From: Porphyridium purpureum
Lineage: Eukaryota
Length of the DNA: 64,000 nucleotides
Reading direction: 5' to 3'
Assembly: GCA_008690995.1 (NCBI GenBank)
Contig: VRMN01000001.1
Span: 2,356,001-2,420,000 of the forward strand
Below the pieces are notes generated by a model. That model did not search any database and was not told the DNA's origin. It saw only the letters and a program-made list of their open reading frames with translations. Position 1 is the stretch's first letter. Each line of letters starts with the position of its first letter. A program made the translations under genes and the position numbers. This document shows, in pieces, positions 1-11,351 of this stretch.

Positions 1-1
1 A

Positions 2-979
2 TGCCACAAGGGTGACAATCACGTCATAGTCTGACAACGTCGATGATCGCGCGTCCTGATAAGCGATGGAGCCCGCGGTTCGTCCTGCGCGATGGCTTTG
101 TGCATCCATGAGCGCACGACTCACCAAAAACTGCATCATGTTTCCGTACGCATTCTCAAGCTTCTTCGTTCGTCCCAGATCCGCATACAACATGGCACAT
201 TGCACCACATTACGCACATCCAGTTGCAACAACGCGACATTACCACTCTGTCCACCGGACGTATCCCCTAGATGTTCATCCGCGAGCTCGGAGTCCTCGA
301 GAATGGCCGGCAGCCATGGGCCCCTACTGCTGTTAGCACTTTTGATCTGCGCGATGGCGTACCGCCCAATGTCGGTGCGGACTGCTATGACGTGGCTCAC
401 CCATTTGTCAAACATGGCGTCGCACTTTTGCTCAACGAGCGCTTCGATGACGGCCGGGTCTGGAATGAACGCGGCAGTCTCTGCGTCGAGCTCTGTGATG
501 GAGAACACGCCGAGCTCTTCGTGCAATTGCACGCGCAACGCATGCACGCTCTTCAGCGCCATATGGAGTCTGAGCTCCTTTACGTATTCCCGCGCCTCTC
601 CGTAGATGCGCATCATGCGCTTGAGCACCTGGATGAGCCGGACCACTTTGACAATGTTTGCTGAGATTTGCATTTGCGCTTGCAGCTCGTCCTGCTTTGC
701 TGACACGCTGAGCGCGAGCTGCTCGGCTTGCGCCGACGCGGTCAGCAAGCGGTCCTCCATGTCGTGTATATCCTGCCGCGCCCTCAGCAGCTTGCCCACC
801 TCGTGCTCGACCTTTCTGCTGTTGCGCTTAACTGTGCGGACCATCTGCTGTGCCTCGGCCGAGATCTTGGCGTCCAGCAAGTCACGCACGGCGTCTGCCT
901 CGTCATTCTGGTACACTGCGCGAGCCGCCGCCAACACCATCTGGTCCTCGGGCTCTTGCTGCGACGGCAGCCACGACAT
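2..979 (-). CDS. SEC15: Exocyst complex subunit Sec15/EXOC6, N-terminal part (runs off the window start; absent from ORF track)
   Basis: Manual translation from ATG at 979 is open to the window edge: MSWLPSQQEPEDQMVLAAARAVYQND...coiled coil...LHMALKSVHAL...KCDAMFDKWVSHVIAVRTDIGRYAIAQ. This resembles the plant Sec15 segments FYMALKCVD and EFGDWLVEIRVVSRNLGQLAIG. Confidence 0.75.
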   Translation of the reverse strand, partial: MSWLPSQQEPEDQMVLAAARAVYQNDEADAVRDLLDAKISAEAQQMVRTVKRNSRKVEHEVGKLLRARQDIHDMEDRLLTASAQAEQLALSVSAKQDELQAQMQISANIVKVVRLIQVLKRMMRIYGEAREYVKELRLHMALKSVHALRVQLHEELGVFSITELDAETAAFIPDPAVIEALVEQKCDAMFDKWVSHVIAVRTDIGRYAIAQIKSANSSRGPWLPAILEDSELADEHLGDTSGGQSGNVALLQLDVRNVVQCAMLYADLGRTKKLENAYGNMMQFLVSRALMDAQSHRAGRTAGSIAYQDARSSTLSDYDVIVTLVA

Positions 980-1344
980 GCCCGTCGTTCCCGCCATCCT
1001 TCCACACGCCCACTCTCTCTGCTCCACTCTCCCACGCGCTCCACAATTTCCCCTTCCCTCCCCCCCTCTCAACACCACAACCCCATCACTGTACCCCCTG
1101 TCACTGCCACAGTACCCACAGAACACCCATGTGCGGTTCACCCTGTGATGTCGCATTTCATATCCATCTTCACGCGCCCCCCACCCTCTCCCAAAATTTG
1201 GCGGCTGGTTTTTGGAAGAGGATCGACCTGCTGCCACGAAGCGACTCACGTCACTAGTAAACTGCGCGATCTGTCTATATGGACGTTGTGACAACGTCAA
1301 GATTAAAAAAAATGCGCGCGTTTAAAAAATAAAAAAAGGAAAAA

Positions 1345-1367
1345 GCAACAGCAACAGCAACAGCAAC
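1345..1367 (+). repeat. (GCAACA)n microsatellite, about 4 units, in the divergent Sec15/TPR intergenic region
   Basis: gcaacagcaacagcaacagcaac read directly, next to an A-rich tract. Confidence 0.8.
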
Positions 1368-1685
1368 GAAAATAACTAGGAGAAACAGCGACTGGTGCTA
1401 AGAACCATCCACAAAACCCAAACCGGTTCGCCAAAGCCGACCGAAAGAGGGACAGACTTTGAAATCACGGACCGAAAAACGCCAAGCCGCGCGCGGTTAA
1501 GGGCGATGGGGTTGAGGTGGTGCAACGCGGAGTTTGACGGAGTGAAGAGAAGGGAACGGTGGTGGGGTTTTTGAGAGGGGGGGAAGCACGAAGGCTTCGA
1601 TGGATTGAGCACGACTAAGAGCGCGCTGTGGAATAGGAGTGGTGAGGAGTGGGAGGGAGGCGTTGGGTGGGGTTGCTGGGATGAG

Positions 1686-4600
1686 ATGGAGGAGGCTATG
1701 GTGATGCGGAGTGCGGATGGGCATGCGGCCGCGGTGCAAGAGGAGCAAGGCAGCGAGCTGGCCGCAGATGAGTTGGAGTTGTTGGCGCCCGAGGTGTATC
1801 TGGAGCAAATGGAATTGAGCCCGGAAGATGATGACTGGCTCGAGCAGGAGTTTGAGGACAGACAAATGCACAAGCAGCACGCCGCGGCGAATCAGAATGC
1901 GCCGCATGGCGGCGACGTGCCGAGTAGGTACGACCGCTCGTTCATGTTCCAGCGCGAGATCATGAGGCGGTATCGGGAGGACGAGGACGGCGGCTTTTTC
2001 TTCTCCACTCGCTCGTGCACCGAACAGCCGTCGCATACACACCCGCGCGATAAAAAGGCTGAAGCCCGTGTCGCATCTTCTATTGACAATGGAGCAGCTG
2101 AAATACCACACGGACCGAGCAGTTCCCTTGAGGAGGACGTCGCGGCGGCAGCGGCAGCGCTTGAACCCGAGCTTCAATTTCAAGAAGAGCAAGGGTACGC
2201 CTCTTCGGTGTTTCGCCAAACGGCAGCCACCGCATCCATGAACTCTGAAGAGCTCGAGCGAGACGCCGATTCTGTGCTAGAGTCTGTCCTCGCCGCTGGC
2301 AAAATTCCGCACGAATGGACAAGTGTCTACGATAAGCAGATGCGCGCTGCGCTCGTAGGCGCAGCAAAGCGACTCGGCAGGAACGCACAAGTGCATTGGC
2401 ATCTCGGTCTTTTAAATTTGCGTGCGCAGCGGTACCAAGAAGCTCGCGAATCGTTTGAAATCGCGCGCACGATCTTGCTCGAGAAAATCACCGAAATTGA
2501 GGCCGGCAGCAGTGTTCCTCAGATCCAGCGCACGGGCGCGTCAAATGTGTTCCTCGAAGCACAGCGCGCGAGGCCGAAGGCGTTCCGCGGCGCTCCTGGT
2601 GCGGCCAGGGTCGGCAGTAGCAGTGGAGGCGCTCGAACGAATCCTTTACCGGGGATGCGTGGCAGAACACGAACGATGGCCGCCGCCAATGTGCTGGACG
2701 ATCAGACAGACGAGCTGCCCGTCAGATATCGGACCTTATTAGCGCAAATAGACCATCATCTTGCACAAGCTGCGAGCTTCGGAGTGGACATGTCATCGGA
2801 CAAGATCGAACCGCAACGGAATCGGTCGGGTTCATCTGGTAGGATGGCCGCATCGTCACAATCGCAAGGGATACAAGAGCAGGAACGACTTTTGCTGGAC
2901 GCGATGCGCATGGATCCAGATCAGTATGGCATTTGGAACACGCTCGGCCTGCTTCATCTACTCGAGGGCGATCCAGAGTCGGCCAAGATGATTTTCCTGG
3001 AAATTCTCGAATCGCATCCCCACTACTTGGACGCGCTCAACAATCTTGCACTGGCGGAGTTGATCGTCGGGAATCTTACCGAGGCGAATGCCACCGTTCA
3101 GGAAGTGCTGATGCGTGACAGGACACACACTGAGGCGCTGGTGAATTATGGCTGCGTGCTGCTGAAGGCAGACCTAGCGGAGCAGGCAAGGGTGCCATTG
3201 TACGAGGCTTTAAGACAGTGTGCTAGACACATGGTCCCAGTTTTGGCGGCGAACGCGGTGCAGGATGAAGCAGACGGAGAAGCTACTAACTCAGCGAAAG
3301 GTGACAACGCACACGACATTGACTTGACTGACACGTGCGTCACAGATAGGAAGCTTCTGTTTTCCATGGCGCATTTACACACCTGTCGTGCGCTGGCGCA
3401 CGTGCCCCTGTCGGACCTTTTGCGCGGGCATGCTGGTCTATGGTCGGCCTTGGCCACACTTCACACTTCGTTGGGCGAGTGGGATTTAGCCGAGCGGTGT
3501 GCTCTTGCTGCGGAACGATCGGCTCGCAGCCCGCACGAACATATGCGATATGAGGTGCATTTTCTTTCGGTGAAGGCGCGGCGAATGATGATTACCAAGA
3601 CGACGGGCAGCACGACGCTGGCCACTGAGCAACTGCCCTCTCAGCTGAACGATCAAGAGCCGACGACGCTGCACGGTCAATATGGGCAAAGGAACAAGCG
3701 GCGTAGGTGTGAGCAGCACAATGGCGAAGGTCAAGATGAAAGCGAGGATGAGCAAGACTCACGAGCGACGCGCAGCGGAGCATCGTCGGATCGCACCGTG
3801 GACGAAGACGAAGATGATGAGCGTGAGGAGGATTTTGCCGCCCGAAGTGGGTCTGCCAAGGGAGACGAGCAGGACAGAGAAGCGGAACAGCTACATCCCG
3901 CTGGTCCTCTTGCACCTGCGTTTGCATCACCCGAGTTTGATATGCGCCATTTAGAGGCGGTCATTACGCGTCTGCGGTACATTGGACTGACGTCAAAGAG
4001 TTCTTCTGCGTTTGCAACGCTGGGGATGGTGCTCCGTCTTCGGCATGAACTTTGCGGTGACGATTGGGGTGGAAATCGGAGTTTCGGTGCAGAAGCTGCG
4101 GAACGGTTTGTCGAGTCACTGGAGCGTGACCGTTCGAACTTTTCATCATTTGTGCAACTCGCGTTGCTGCAAATCAGCGCGGGAGAGTACCAGTCTGCAT
4201 ACGACATTGCGATCGAGGCAACGAAAGTTAAAAAGACCAGTGTTGCTGCGTGGAATGCCTTTAGCGTGGCGGCGCAACTTCTTGATTCGCCCGATGAAGC
4301 TGAGTACGCCTACCACCAGGCGATGCAACTTTGCAAAAGCAACGCGCTGCGCGTGCACAGTGGTGACGCTTTCTCGAGCGGCGGTGACTCGTCGCCGTAC
4401 ATGAGTGGTGCTATTAGAAGTAGCGGTAGCGCGCTTGAGCAGCGTCCTATTGCACAGGGCCCTGAGGAAGATCTGAATACGATGGCCTGGCTCGCTGTCG
4501 CTGCTCTGTGGAACAACCTCGCCAATCTTTACCGTCAAAAAGGACCAGACCACTACAAGCAGGCGCAAGACGCATACGAGCGTAGCCTACTGGCTGGTGG

Positions 4601-4874
4601 AGAGAGCGCGGTCATGCGCAACAACATGGCTCTGCTTCACATTGCGCGTGGGTACTTGTACTTTGCCGAGCAAGAGCTCACGGCAAGCTTGAAGCTTGAT
4701 CCAACGCTGGATTGTGCGCGAAGTAATTTGCTGAAATTGCGTGCGTACCGCGCCCAGAACTTGGATACAGCAGGCGAAGTGGCGGATGGCGCTGCCACTG
4801 AAGCAGGCGATGGATCCGCTTTCGCTGCGGCTTCGAGCGCCAAAGTCTTGCCACGAGTGCCTAGCGAAAATTGA
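1686..4874 (+). CDS. Large tetratricopeptide-repeat (TPR) protein with acidic disordered inserts
   Basis: Long ORF (track start 1605 is TTG; first ATG 1686). It has TPR consensus units such as AQVHWHLGLL, IWNTLGLLHL, ALNNLALAEL, ALVNYGCVLL, LWNNLANLYR and MRNNMALLHI. From memory it resembles an uncharacterised plant TPR family. Confidence 0.85.
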   Translation: MEEAMVMRSADGHAAAVQEEQGSELAADELELLAPEVYLEQMELSPEDDDWLEQEFEDRQMHKQHAAANQNAPHGGDVPSRYDRSFMFQREIMRRYREDEDGGFFFSTRSCTEQPSHTHPRDKKAEARVASSIDNGAAEIPHGPSSSLEEDVAAAAAALEPELQFQEEQGYASSVFRQTAATASMNSEELERDADSVLESVLAAGKIPHEWTSVYDKQMRAALVGAAKRLGRNAQVHWHLGLLNLRAQRYQEARESFEIARTILLEKITEIEAGSSVPQIQRTGASNVFLEAQRARPKAFRGAPGAARVGSSSGGARTNPLPGMRGRTRTMAAANVLDDQTDELPVRYRTLLAQIDHHLAQAASFGVDMSSDKIEPQRNRSGSSGRMAASSQSQGIQEQERLLLDAMRMDPDQYGIWNTLGLLHLLEGDPESAKMIFLEILESHPHYLDALNNLALAELIVGNLTEANATVQEVLMRDRTHTEALVNYGCVLLKADLAEQARVPLYEALRQCARHMVPVLAANAVQDEADGEATNSAKGDNAHDIDLTDTCVTDRKLLFSMAHLHTCRALAHVPLSDLLRGHAGLWSALATLHTSLGEWDLAERCALAAERSARSPHEHMRYEVHFLSVKARRMMITKTTGSTTLATEQLPSQLNDQEPTTLHGQYGQRNKRRRCEQHNGEGQDESEDEQDSRATRSGASSDRTVDEDEDDEREEDFAARSGSAKGDEQDREAEQLHPAGPLAPAFASPEFDMRHLEAVITRLRYIGLTSKSSSAFATLGMVLRLRHELCGDDWGGNRSFGAEAAERFVESLERDRSNFSSFVQLALLQISAGEYQSAYDIAIEATKVKKTSVAAWNAFSVAAQLLDSPDEAEYAYHQAMQLCKSNALRVHSGDAFSSGGDSSPYMSGAIRSSGSALEQRPIAQGPEEDLNTMAWLAVAALWNNLANLYRQKGPDHYKQAQDAYERSLLAGGESAVMRNNMALLHIARGYLYFAEQELTASLKLDPTLDCARSNLLKLRAYRAQNLDTAGEVADGAATEAGDGSAFAAASSAKVLPRVPSEN

Positions 4875-5029
4875 AAATGCAAGAGTTCTGATGTGTGTAG
4901 GTAGTAATCGAGGAACAAAGTGTATAAAGAAAGACGTGGATAGATCACGCAGTGACGAGTGTGACAGGAGTAGAGACGTACGCGCGCGCATGTGCGCCCT
5001 CCCTGGCGCCGTGCGGAAGCTAAGCGGCC

Positions 5030-5737
5030 ATGAAGATTATAAATCCGTGCGTCGGGCTCGTGAGCGATGTGGAAGTGCGTGTGTTCCTTGAACAGAAGAA
5101 GGAGGAAGATCGCGCAGATCCCGGCGTCCAGATGATGCCCTCGCGCGCTGCAGAGTTTGCGGACTGTGTCATGGGGCAGCTGTTGCAGGGACCGGCGGGA
5201 ACGCAGACGCTCGAGGATGCTGCAGTTTTCCTGAGGGCGCTGGAGACGCAGCGAGTGCAACTGAGTCCGAAGGAACGGCTGTTTCTTCTCAATATTCGTC
5301 CCAGCAATCTTGTGACGCTTGTCTCCATTGTGCCTGATATTGAAAGCCGCATGGATCAAGATGCGATCACAACACTGCTGCAGACCATCAAGCGCTTGCC
5401 TGAACCACCAGTGCTTTCCGATGACGAGGAAGAAGATGATGACGGGGAAGAACGTGACAGCAACGGATCTGCAGATGAGTTTGGCGAAAGAGAGCATAAT
5501 TCCCAAGGTGTTGACCTGCACAAAGACGTGGAAAGGGAAGAACGCGCGGCGCCTGCATATCAAGGAACTGATCCTGAAAAGACAGTTGAAATGGCCGTAG
5601 AAGACGGGGAGGACGACGACGACAAGAGGGAGAACAGTGATCCGGACAGCGACGATTCTGATGCGCAGGATGGCGCTCTGTTGGCGGTCGATTCTAAGGC
5701 ATTCGACGGCGATGACAAAGCAAACGACAGCAGTTAA
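5030..5737 (+). CDS. RPC9: RNA polymerase III subunit RPC9/C17 (CRCP; Rpb4-like) with acidic C-terminal tail
   Basis: MKIINPCVGLVSDVEVRVFL N-terminus and LSPKERLFLLNIRPSNLVTLVSIVPDIESRM HRDC-like motif, both typical of RPC17/CRCP. Confidence 0.8.
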   Translation: MKIINPCVGLVSDVEVRVFLEQKKEEDRADPGVQMMPSRAAEFADCVMGQLLQGPAGTQTLEDAAVFLRALETQRVQLSPKERLFLLNIRPSNLVTLVSIVPDIESRMDQDAITTLLQTIKRLPEPPVLSDDEEEDDDGEERDSNGSADEFGEREHNSQGVDLHKDVEREERAAPAYQGTDPEKTVEMAVEDGEDDDDKRENSDPDSDDSDAQDGALLAVDSKAFDGDDKANDSS

Positions 5738-6342
5738 TGCGCGAAATGTTCATGCTTCCGCGGTGATAGCATGCTGTCTGATGCGGAAATACTGGTGCGA
5801 ACGGCTTGGGTATTGGGGTCAAACACGGTGCCTAATGCGAGTCAAGCGATCTGCTAGGCCAAGTATGTGATGCTCTGTGATATTTGGCGAGGAATTAACA
5901 GTAGCATATCCCTATGTACATTGTACGCATACTTTAGATTTGATCCTGGAGTTTCGCATAATCCAGCGTTAACTATTTAAAGTTGATAGCCAGTGATCTG
6001 AGCGTATATACTGCTATAGCGTTGCGTGGAACCCGACAAGGGTGAGCAGGTCTCTAGCGGTAGCACGCGTACGTCCACTGCCAAGGCAATTTCTGAAACT
6101 GTCATCACATAGATTCGTTCCAATTCATCTTGCCTGCCAATATCCGGCCAGCGCGCTCAGCGCTATGTTTGCTGCGTTGCGAATTCTTCTACATCAGTCT
6201 CCACTAAATACCGCAACACTATCTATTCGCCGACTGCAAACATTGATTAGTCTGAACCCGTGCGACGCCTGTCAAAGCAAAAGCATTCCACAGCAAGAGC
6301 GGCGGCACGCTGCGAAGAAAGGGCTCCTCTGTTTGCGCGACG

Positions 6343-7509
6343 CTACGCTGCCGGACGTGAATCTATTGCTTTGTCTTTCAACGAGTCTCGAAGCGCGTCA
6401 AGAGAGTACACCGTCAACTGCCTGGTGCTCTCAATCACCTCACTGGTCATCTCATTGAAAATGAGCGTCGGTTTCTCAAACTTGAAGGGCGCTCGGCGCA
6501 CATTGATAGTCTTTCTCGAGGGCGACCAGGAGTTGCTTTCTTGAACGTAGTTGTCAAACAAGACCATTTTCACTTCGCATTCGAGAGCATTTTCGAAGAA
6601 GCGCCACACGCGACCATACGCTGCGTGTGCAAGAACATCCCAAGCGATCAGAAGGTCCACTTGCGGCGGAAACGGCTCCTTCCACCACTGTAAATTCATG
6701 TACTTGACCTCGGCCTGTCCAACATCAGCAAGCAAATCAGCGTCGTCGCGCACCTTCTCGAGCTCGCTATCGTGGCTGGATGCACAAATATACTCCAAAC
6801 GATACGTGTGCTTCGCAGCAAGGCGGAGTACGGGTGCCATGTACATGGCTGTCTTGATGCAAGACACGTCCAACACACGTGCCACTTTATACTTGCGCAT
6901 GACGCGGTAAAATTTGCGGCACAGCTTCTCGTTGACGTCCTTCTTACAGTCCGGTCGTTCAAAGGACTCGTCTTCGTCCACTGCTTCCATTTCCTTCAGT
7001 TGCTCGAGAAAGCTACCATCCTGCACGGCTTGAACGTCTTCGACAGCAAAGTTTGAGAACGATGCGGCGTTCTCGCCGCTCATGGCGTTCTCGGCGCCCT
7101 CTCCAAGTTGACTTCGAGACTCGTCAGTACGGCCGAAATGGGTAGAGCCAATCGCGCTCGCAATGTCGGAAGCGCTGGATCCAGCATCCTGGCCATGCGC
7201 GTGCGGCCCCGGCCGCATCACGAGCTCGTCCGACGAGGGATTTGATTCCAAGCGTTTCAGGTTATCCTGCACAACATGCGACATGTCTCGTGACGTGTTT
7301 CCAAAGCCAACGAGCCGCACACCCGCCCGCGTCAGGATCATTGCCAGGCAAAACCCCATCACAAGCGCCCATGGCCGTTGCACCACCGTCGTGCGCAAGA
7401 ACTTGGGGACCTCGTTCCATGCGGGCGTCTCCCAAGCGGTGGGCGACTTGCCCGTATCTAGATGTGACGCGTGCGCGCTCGTTCGGCGCTGCCGGCGTGA
7501 CGCGTGCAT
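6343..7509 (-). CDS. Type II membrane protein with C-terminal class I SAM-methyltransferase-like domain
   Basis: Basic cytosolic N-tail, single TM (WALVMGFCLAMILTRAGV) and low-complexity stem. These are followed by RVLDVSC (motif I-like), VDLLIAWDVLAH (motif IV-like) and INVRRAPFKF. Confidence 0.6.
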   Translation of the reverse strand: MHASRRQRRTSAHASHLDTGKSPTAWETPAWNEVPKFLRTTVVQRPWALVMGFCLAMILTRAGVRLVGFGNTSRDMSHVVQDNLKRLESNPSSDELVMRPGPHAHGQDAGSSASDIASAIGSTHFGRTDESRSQLGEGAENAMSGENAASFSNFAVEDVQAVQDGSFLEQLKEMEAVDEDESFERPDCKKDVNEKLCRKFYRVMRKYKVARVLDVSCIKTAMYMAPVLRLAAKHTYRLEYICASSHDSELEKVRDDADLLADVGQAEVKYMNLQWWKEPFPPQVDLLIAWDVLAHAAYGRVWRFFENALECEVKMVLFDNYVQESNSWSPSRKTINVRRAPFKFEKPTLIFNEMTSEVIESTRQLTVYSLDALRDSLKDKAIDSRPAA

Positions 7510-7700
7510 CAAGACGCAGTTGTCCTACACTATTAGCTTGCGGTCTTCAAGTCTGACCGCCTACCATCTATCTTGCGCTTTTATTTCACTGATGAGCATG
7601 TCGCACCTATCGTTCTTGCCCAGGTAAAAAAAACAAACAAAAAAAACGACGTGGCGCGCGGCTCGAGTGTTTCAACTAGCAGAGGCGCTTTCGCGGACAC

Positions 7701-8474
7701 TCACATGAAGTCGTCATAGTCTGTTCCCAGGACGCCGCGGCCACCGGAACCTGGGCCACCGAGTGGATCATCGTCTCGGTCAACCATGATGTGCGTCTTC
7801 TTGGCCGTCTTCTTTTTCTTGCCTTGCGCGGCCGACTTGGCTTTCAACTTTTCATTTGCGAGCACATTGCACGTGCTGGCGAGGTCCTTGACATCGTCCG
7901 CGTCTAGTTCCCCAGTTCCTTCACGTAAAATACTCTTTAGTACGTTCATATACCGCTCCGGCCGCCGCGGATGGTACAACGGCGAAATCTTCTCCACCAG
8001 CAGTTTGACGAATTTCTCGTCGTCCTTGGATGTCTTTAGGGCAATGTTATCTAGCGTCGGCTCATCCGGATCTGCGTCTTCGTCGTCATCGGGCGCTGCG
8101 TCCATGAAGAGGTCTTTGGCGTTCTCCAGGTCGGCCTTCTCGACCATTTCCTGCATGCGCGCACGCCGCTCCGCCACAGATAGACCCTCAAGCTCCTTTT
8201 CCAGTGCATCTGCCTTGTCTCGCGCCTTGCGCGCCTCTTCAGCTTCTCGCAGCTTGATTTTTTCTTCCAGCAACTGCTTTCTGCTCTTGGGTTTACTGCT
8301 CTCGGCTTCGCTCCCATTTACCGCGGACTCGTGTGCCGACGCGGGAGCCGAAGCTGCGGCCGGTGCCGCCACCTCTTCCTCAGATTCTTGGTCTTCCTCA
8401 TCCCAAGTCGCCTTCACAGCGGCCGGCTGAAGCACCGGCTTGACTTCAAAATCGTCGGCTTCCCAATCTGACAT
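7701..8474 (-). CDS. EIF3J: Eukaryotic translation initiation factor 3 subunit J
   Basis: MSDWEADDF...WDEED acidic N-terminus, VEKADLENAKDLF, LANEKLK and the C-terminal DYDDFM hallmark. The ATG at 8474 is preferred over the track start. Confidence 0.93.
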   Translation of the reverse strand: MSDWEADDFEVKPVLQPAAVKATWDEEDQESEEEVAAPAAASAPASAHESAVNGSEAESSKPKSRKQLLEEKIKLREAEEARKARDKADALEKELEGLSVAERRARMQEMVEKADLENAKDLFMDAAPDDDEDADPDEPTLDNIALKTSKDDEKFVKLLVEKISPLYHPRRPERYMNVLKSILREGTGELDADDVKDLASTCNVLANEKLKAKSAAQGKKKKTAKKTHIMVDRDDDPLGGPGSGGRGVLGTDYDDFM

Positions 8475-9311
8475 GACGATCGCACGGCCACCAGAGAGCC
8501 ACCACCGAAGCCACCACGCACCCACGCCGCGAATATGCCAGAAGTAAGCGTGATGTCCGCTGCCAGAAGTACTCGAGTTCTTTCTGCGAAATCTACCGCC
8601 CCGCCACGCGACAAGTAATGATGACCGCTCGTTGCCACTCACACAATCCATTCAACAAACCTTCTCCCCTTCGCCCGTTTTCCACCCCGCGGGGCGCTTC
8701 GACTCGGCCAACTCGGTGCCAAGGGGTGTTCACTTAGAAGTACAGCTGCGACCTAAAGCCAGTACAGTTTAGGTACAGTGCTGATCTGGAACGAAGAGGT
8801 ACAGTTCTGTAAAGTTGCTCATGTGTGAGGGCCGTCGAAATGTGCACATGTGCAAGGTAAGATAATGGCTCAGTGACGTTGATGGGAAAAAAAAGAGAAA
8901 GAACTGGTCGACACCGCATGACAACACGCTACGCTCGCGCTCACATTGTGTTTGTCGGTAACCCCCACTACCACGTAAGATTCTGTTCCATTCCTTCCGC
9001 TTCAGATTGTTTACGCTGGGCTGTAAAAGAACGCCGGCGTCATGTCCATAGAACGCGCAATTGGTAGATGTGCCAGCATCGGGTCCGCGTCTCGCGCGAT
9101 CCACGTAAGACTAAAGAGCGGGGGGTTACAGTCGCGAGGATTCCGAGCGAGACAAATGAGCGCGTGCGGATGTTGCTCATGGATTTGGTTTCAGCTATAA
9201 AGCACGCCGCCGAGCCCGTCGCCGTCACGCGTTTGTCAATGAGATTGACGCGGAACACCAGAAAAGCAGAACATCAGAACATGCAAAGCCCGGAAAACAC
9301 AATAACAGAAC

Positions 9312-9689
9312 ATGGAAAGGCTGTCGAGGGAGTGCAAAAGGCAACTGCCACACCAGAAACAACCGTTGCACAATATTGTCGAGTACGCAGTGTGCGGGTC
9401 GCAGTGTCGGTGCGCGCCACTTCTCATCAACTTCGCGTCGTCCGAGCACCTAGAGGGGCATTCTGCGCCGCAAATGAACGACACGCAATCAAGTCCGGAG
9501 AATCACGAATCCAGCCAAGATCCCGCGTCGAGTTCTGACGCACAGGAGCGAATGGGACGCTCTCGGAGCAGAACGAGTCGACCTGACGATTATCGTCCAC
9601 ATAATCACCATCACGCTCCGGCCCGGACATGCTCGAGAAGAAAGTGTACATGCACAAACACGAGGAAACGCAAAGTCTCAAGCCAGTAG
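9312..9689 (+). CDS. Small orphan protein, tandem family copy 1 (possibly only a 3' exon or fragment)
   Basis: Ends ERMGRSRSR...RPHNHHHAPARTCSRRKCTCTNTRKRKVSSQ, paralogous to the ORFs at 11352 and 13268. Confidence 0.5.
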   Translation: MERLSRECKRQLPHQKQPLHNIVEYAVCGSQCRCAPLLINFASSEHLEGHSAPQMNDTQSSPENHESSQDPASSSDAQERMGRSRSRTSRPDDYRPHNHHHAPARTCSRRKCTCTNTRKRKVSSQ

Positions 9690-11351
9690 CTTGGATTAGA
9701 GAGCAGCAGAACTCGTGATACATCTGTGGGAAAAACAGAATGGGCATGTAAAATGGGTGTGAAGTGGGCATCAAGCATTTTTTTTAAAACTTTCTAGACG
9801 ACCTTGTCGTCTAATCTCAGAAGCAAACGACTTGCTCGCTTTCGCGCTGCTCGAGTACCCAGCCAACACCACGTGTTGAGCTGGAACTGGCCGGCCGCCC
9901 TCGCTCCAAGCCGTTTAGGTTTGGCTCCAATCCCCACCGACAACAGAGAGGCCTTTCACGAGAGATGATCCTGCAACATGACTCTTGCAAGATCCATTTC
10001 GAGGAGCTCAGATGAAGCGAAAGCCGAATCGTTCCGCTTGCTCCCTCGTCTCACCCAGTAAACAGAAGCAGAGGCTTCGAGGGACAAAGTCTCCGATGGA
10101 GACCCGTACGTAATCACCTGGTTTTGAAAATAAATTTAAATGTGTTCCTTGGAGGTGGCTCGGCAATGCCGGTGGTTTCAGCATGGCTTCGACTGGATAA
10201 CCAATGCGCATTGCACACTTTGGCGCCACGCAAAATGTTTAGTTCTCCATGTCTTCATCGGACGTGTATCTTGGTGCCCTGTTGCGCACTTTGGCTGTTA
10301 CCAGAAATGCCCGAGGTGCGAGGAATGATTGGCTCGCGTGAAGCAAGTTTGGCGTACCTCTAGCTCCAAGCTGCAGCGCGGTCTCTCAGGAACTTTCAAG
10401 CTGCGACTCCTGTTAACCCAGCCTTCTGGTCCGACACGAAATCGGAAGCGCTAGACTGCTATCTGTGGCACGCCTTTGGCCACACCAAGCCACAAGCCAG
10501 ACCTTGCAAGCCGATCGCACATGTCAAAACGTTTGCCAAGCACGGCCCTCCCGCTCCCCTGCGCCGCTCAGCCCACACGTGCGTCCACTAGAGCGCGTCG
10601 CGTACAGCTTTGAGGTACAGCAAAACTGACAGAAAGCTCGATCTGTTTGGCGTTTTCTACGCAAAACACATGATGACGTGTCTACGCGGATTTTCTATCG
10701 TTTTGTTCTCGTTCTCAAACGGGGCCGATTTATTATTCCTGTGCTGCTGACAAGGCACCAAGATGACGCGTAGCCAACGAAGAAGCGTTTTCTGTGGGTG
10801 CCGAATGTTGGGGGTAGCAAAATGGCACACGCACTCGACCGTTGCAATACGAAGAATCTATCGCAACCAGATTGACCACGGCGCGCGTGCGAGCGCTTGC
10901 CACGTGTAGGTTGGATTGGAAAAGTGCAACACGCGCACGGTGGCCCAAGCGTTGTTTGCGACACGCCGTGATTTCTTAATCAACGCTGTCGTTTTGTCAA
11001 CGGCTGTCGCTGTTCTACGCGTGTGCAACAGGAGCGCGGGCTGCAAGGCGCACCGGTCTCTTGACTCGCTTTCATTCAGCGCCTCGGCAAGTGAAGCCAC
11101 AGCGTGACATCGCGCGATGCTCTATGTGTGCACGACAGAATCGTCAGCGGTACTAGGTAACTTGCGTCGGTCCAGCATGCAAAATGCACCGCCTGTCCTT
11201 GCGCACCGGCTTATCGTGGGATTGTCCGCGCAGCTTCCGTGCATGTAGTTCCATGTGATTTACAACGGTCGATCCTCGCGATTGGAGCCACCGTGTCGAG
11301 TATTTATACGGCCTCTCACTCACTGGGTCAGAAAAGTTTCGACGACAGCGC

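Noticed and set aside
66..1291. Plus-strand ORFs 66-605, 272-664, 606-1148 and 728-1291
   Set aside because: Antisense shadows of the minus-strand Sec15 frame and its C-rich leader
4637..5563. 308-aa minus-strand ORF
   Set aside because: Shadow of RPC9 and the TPR 3' end
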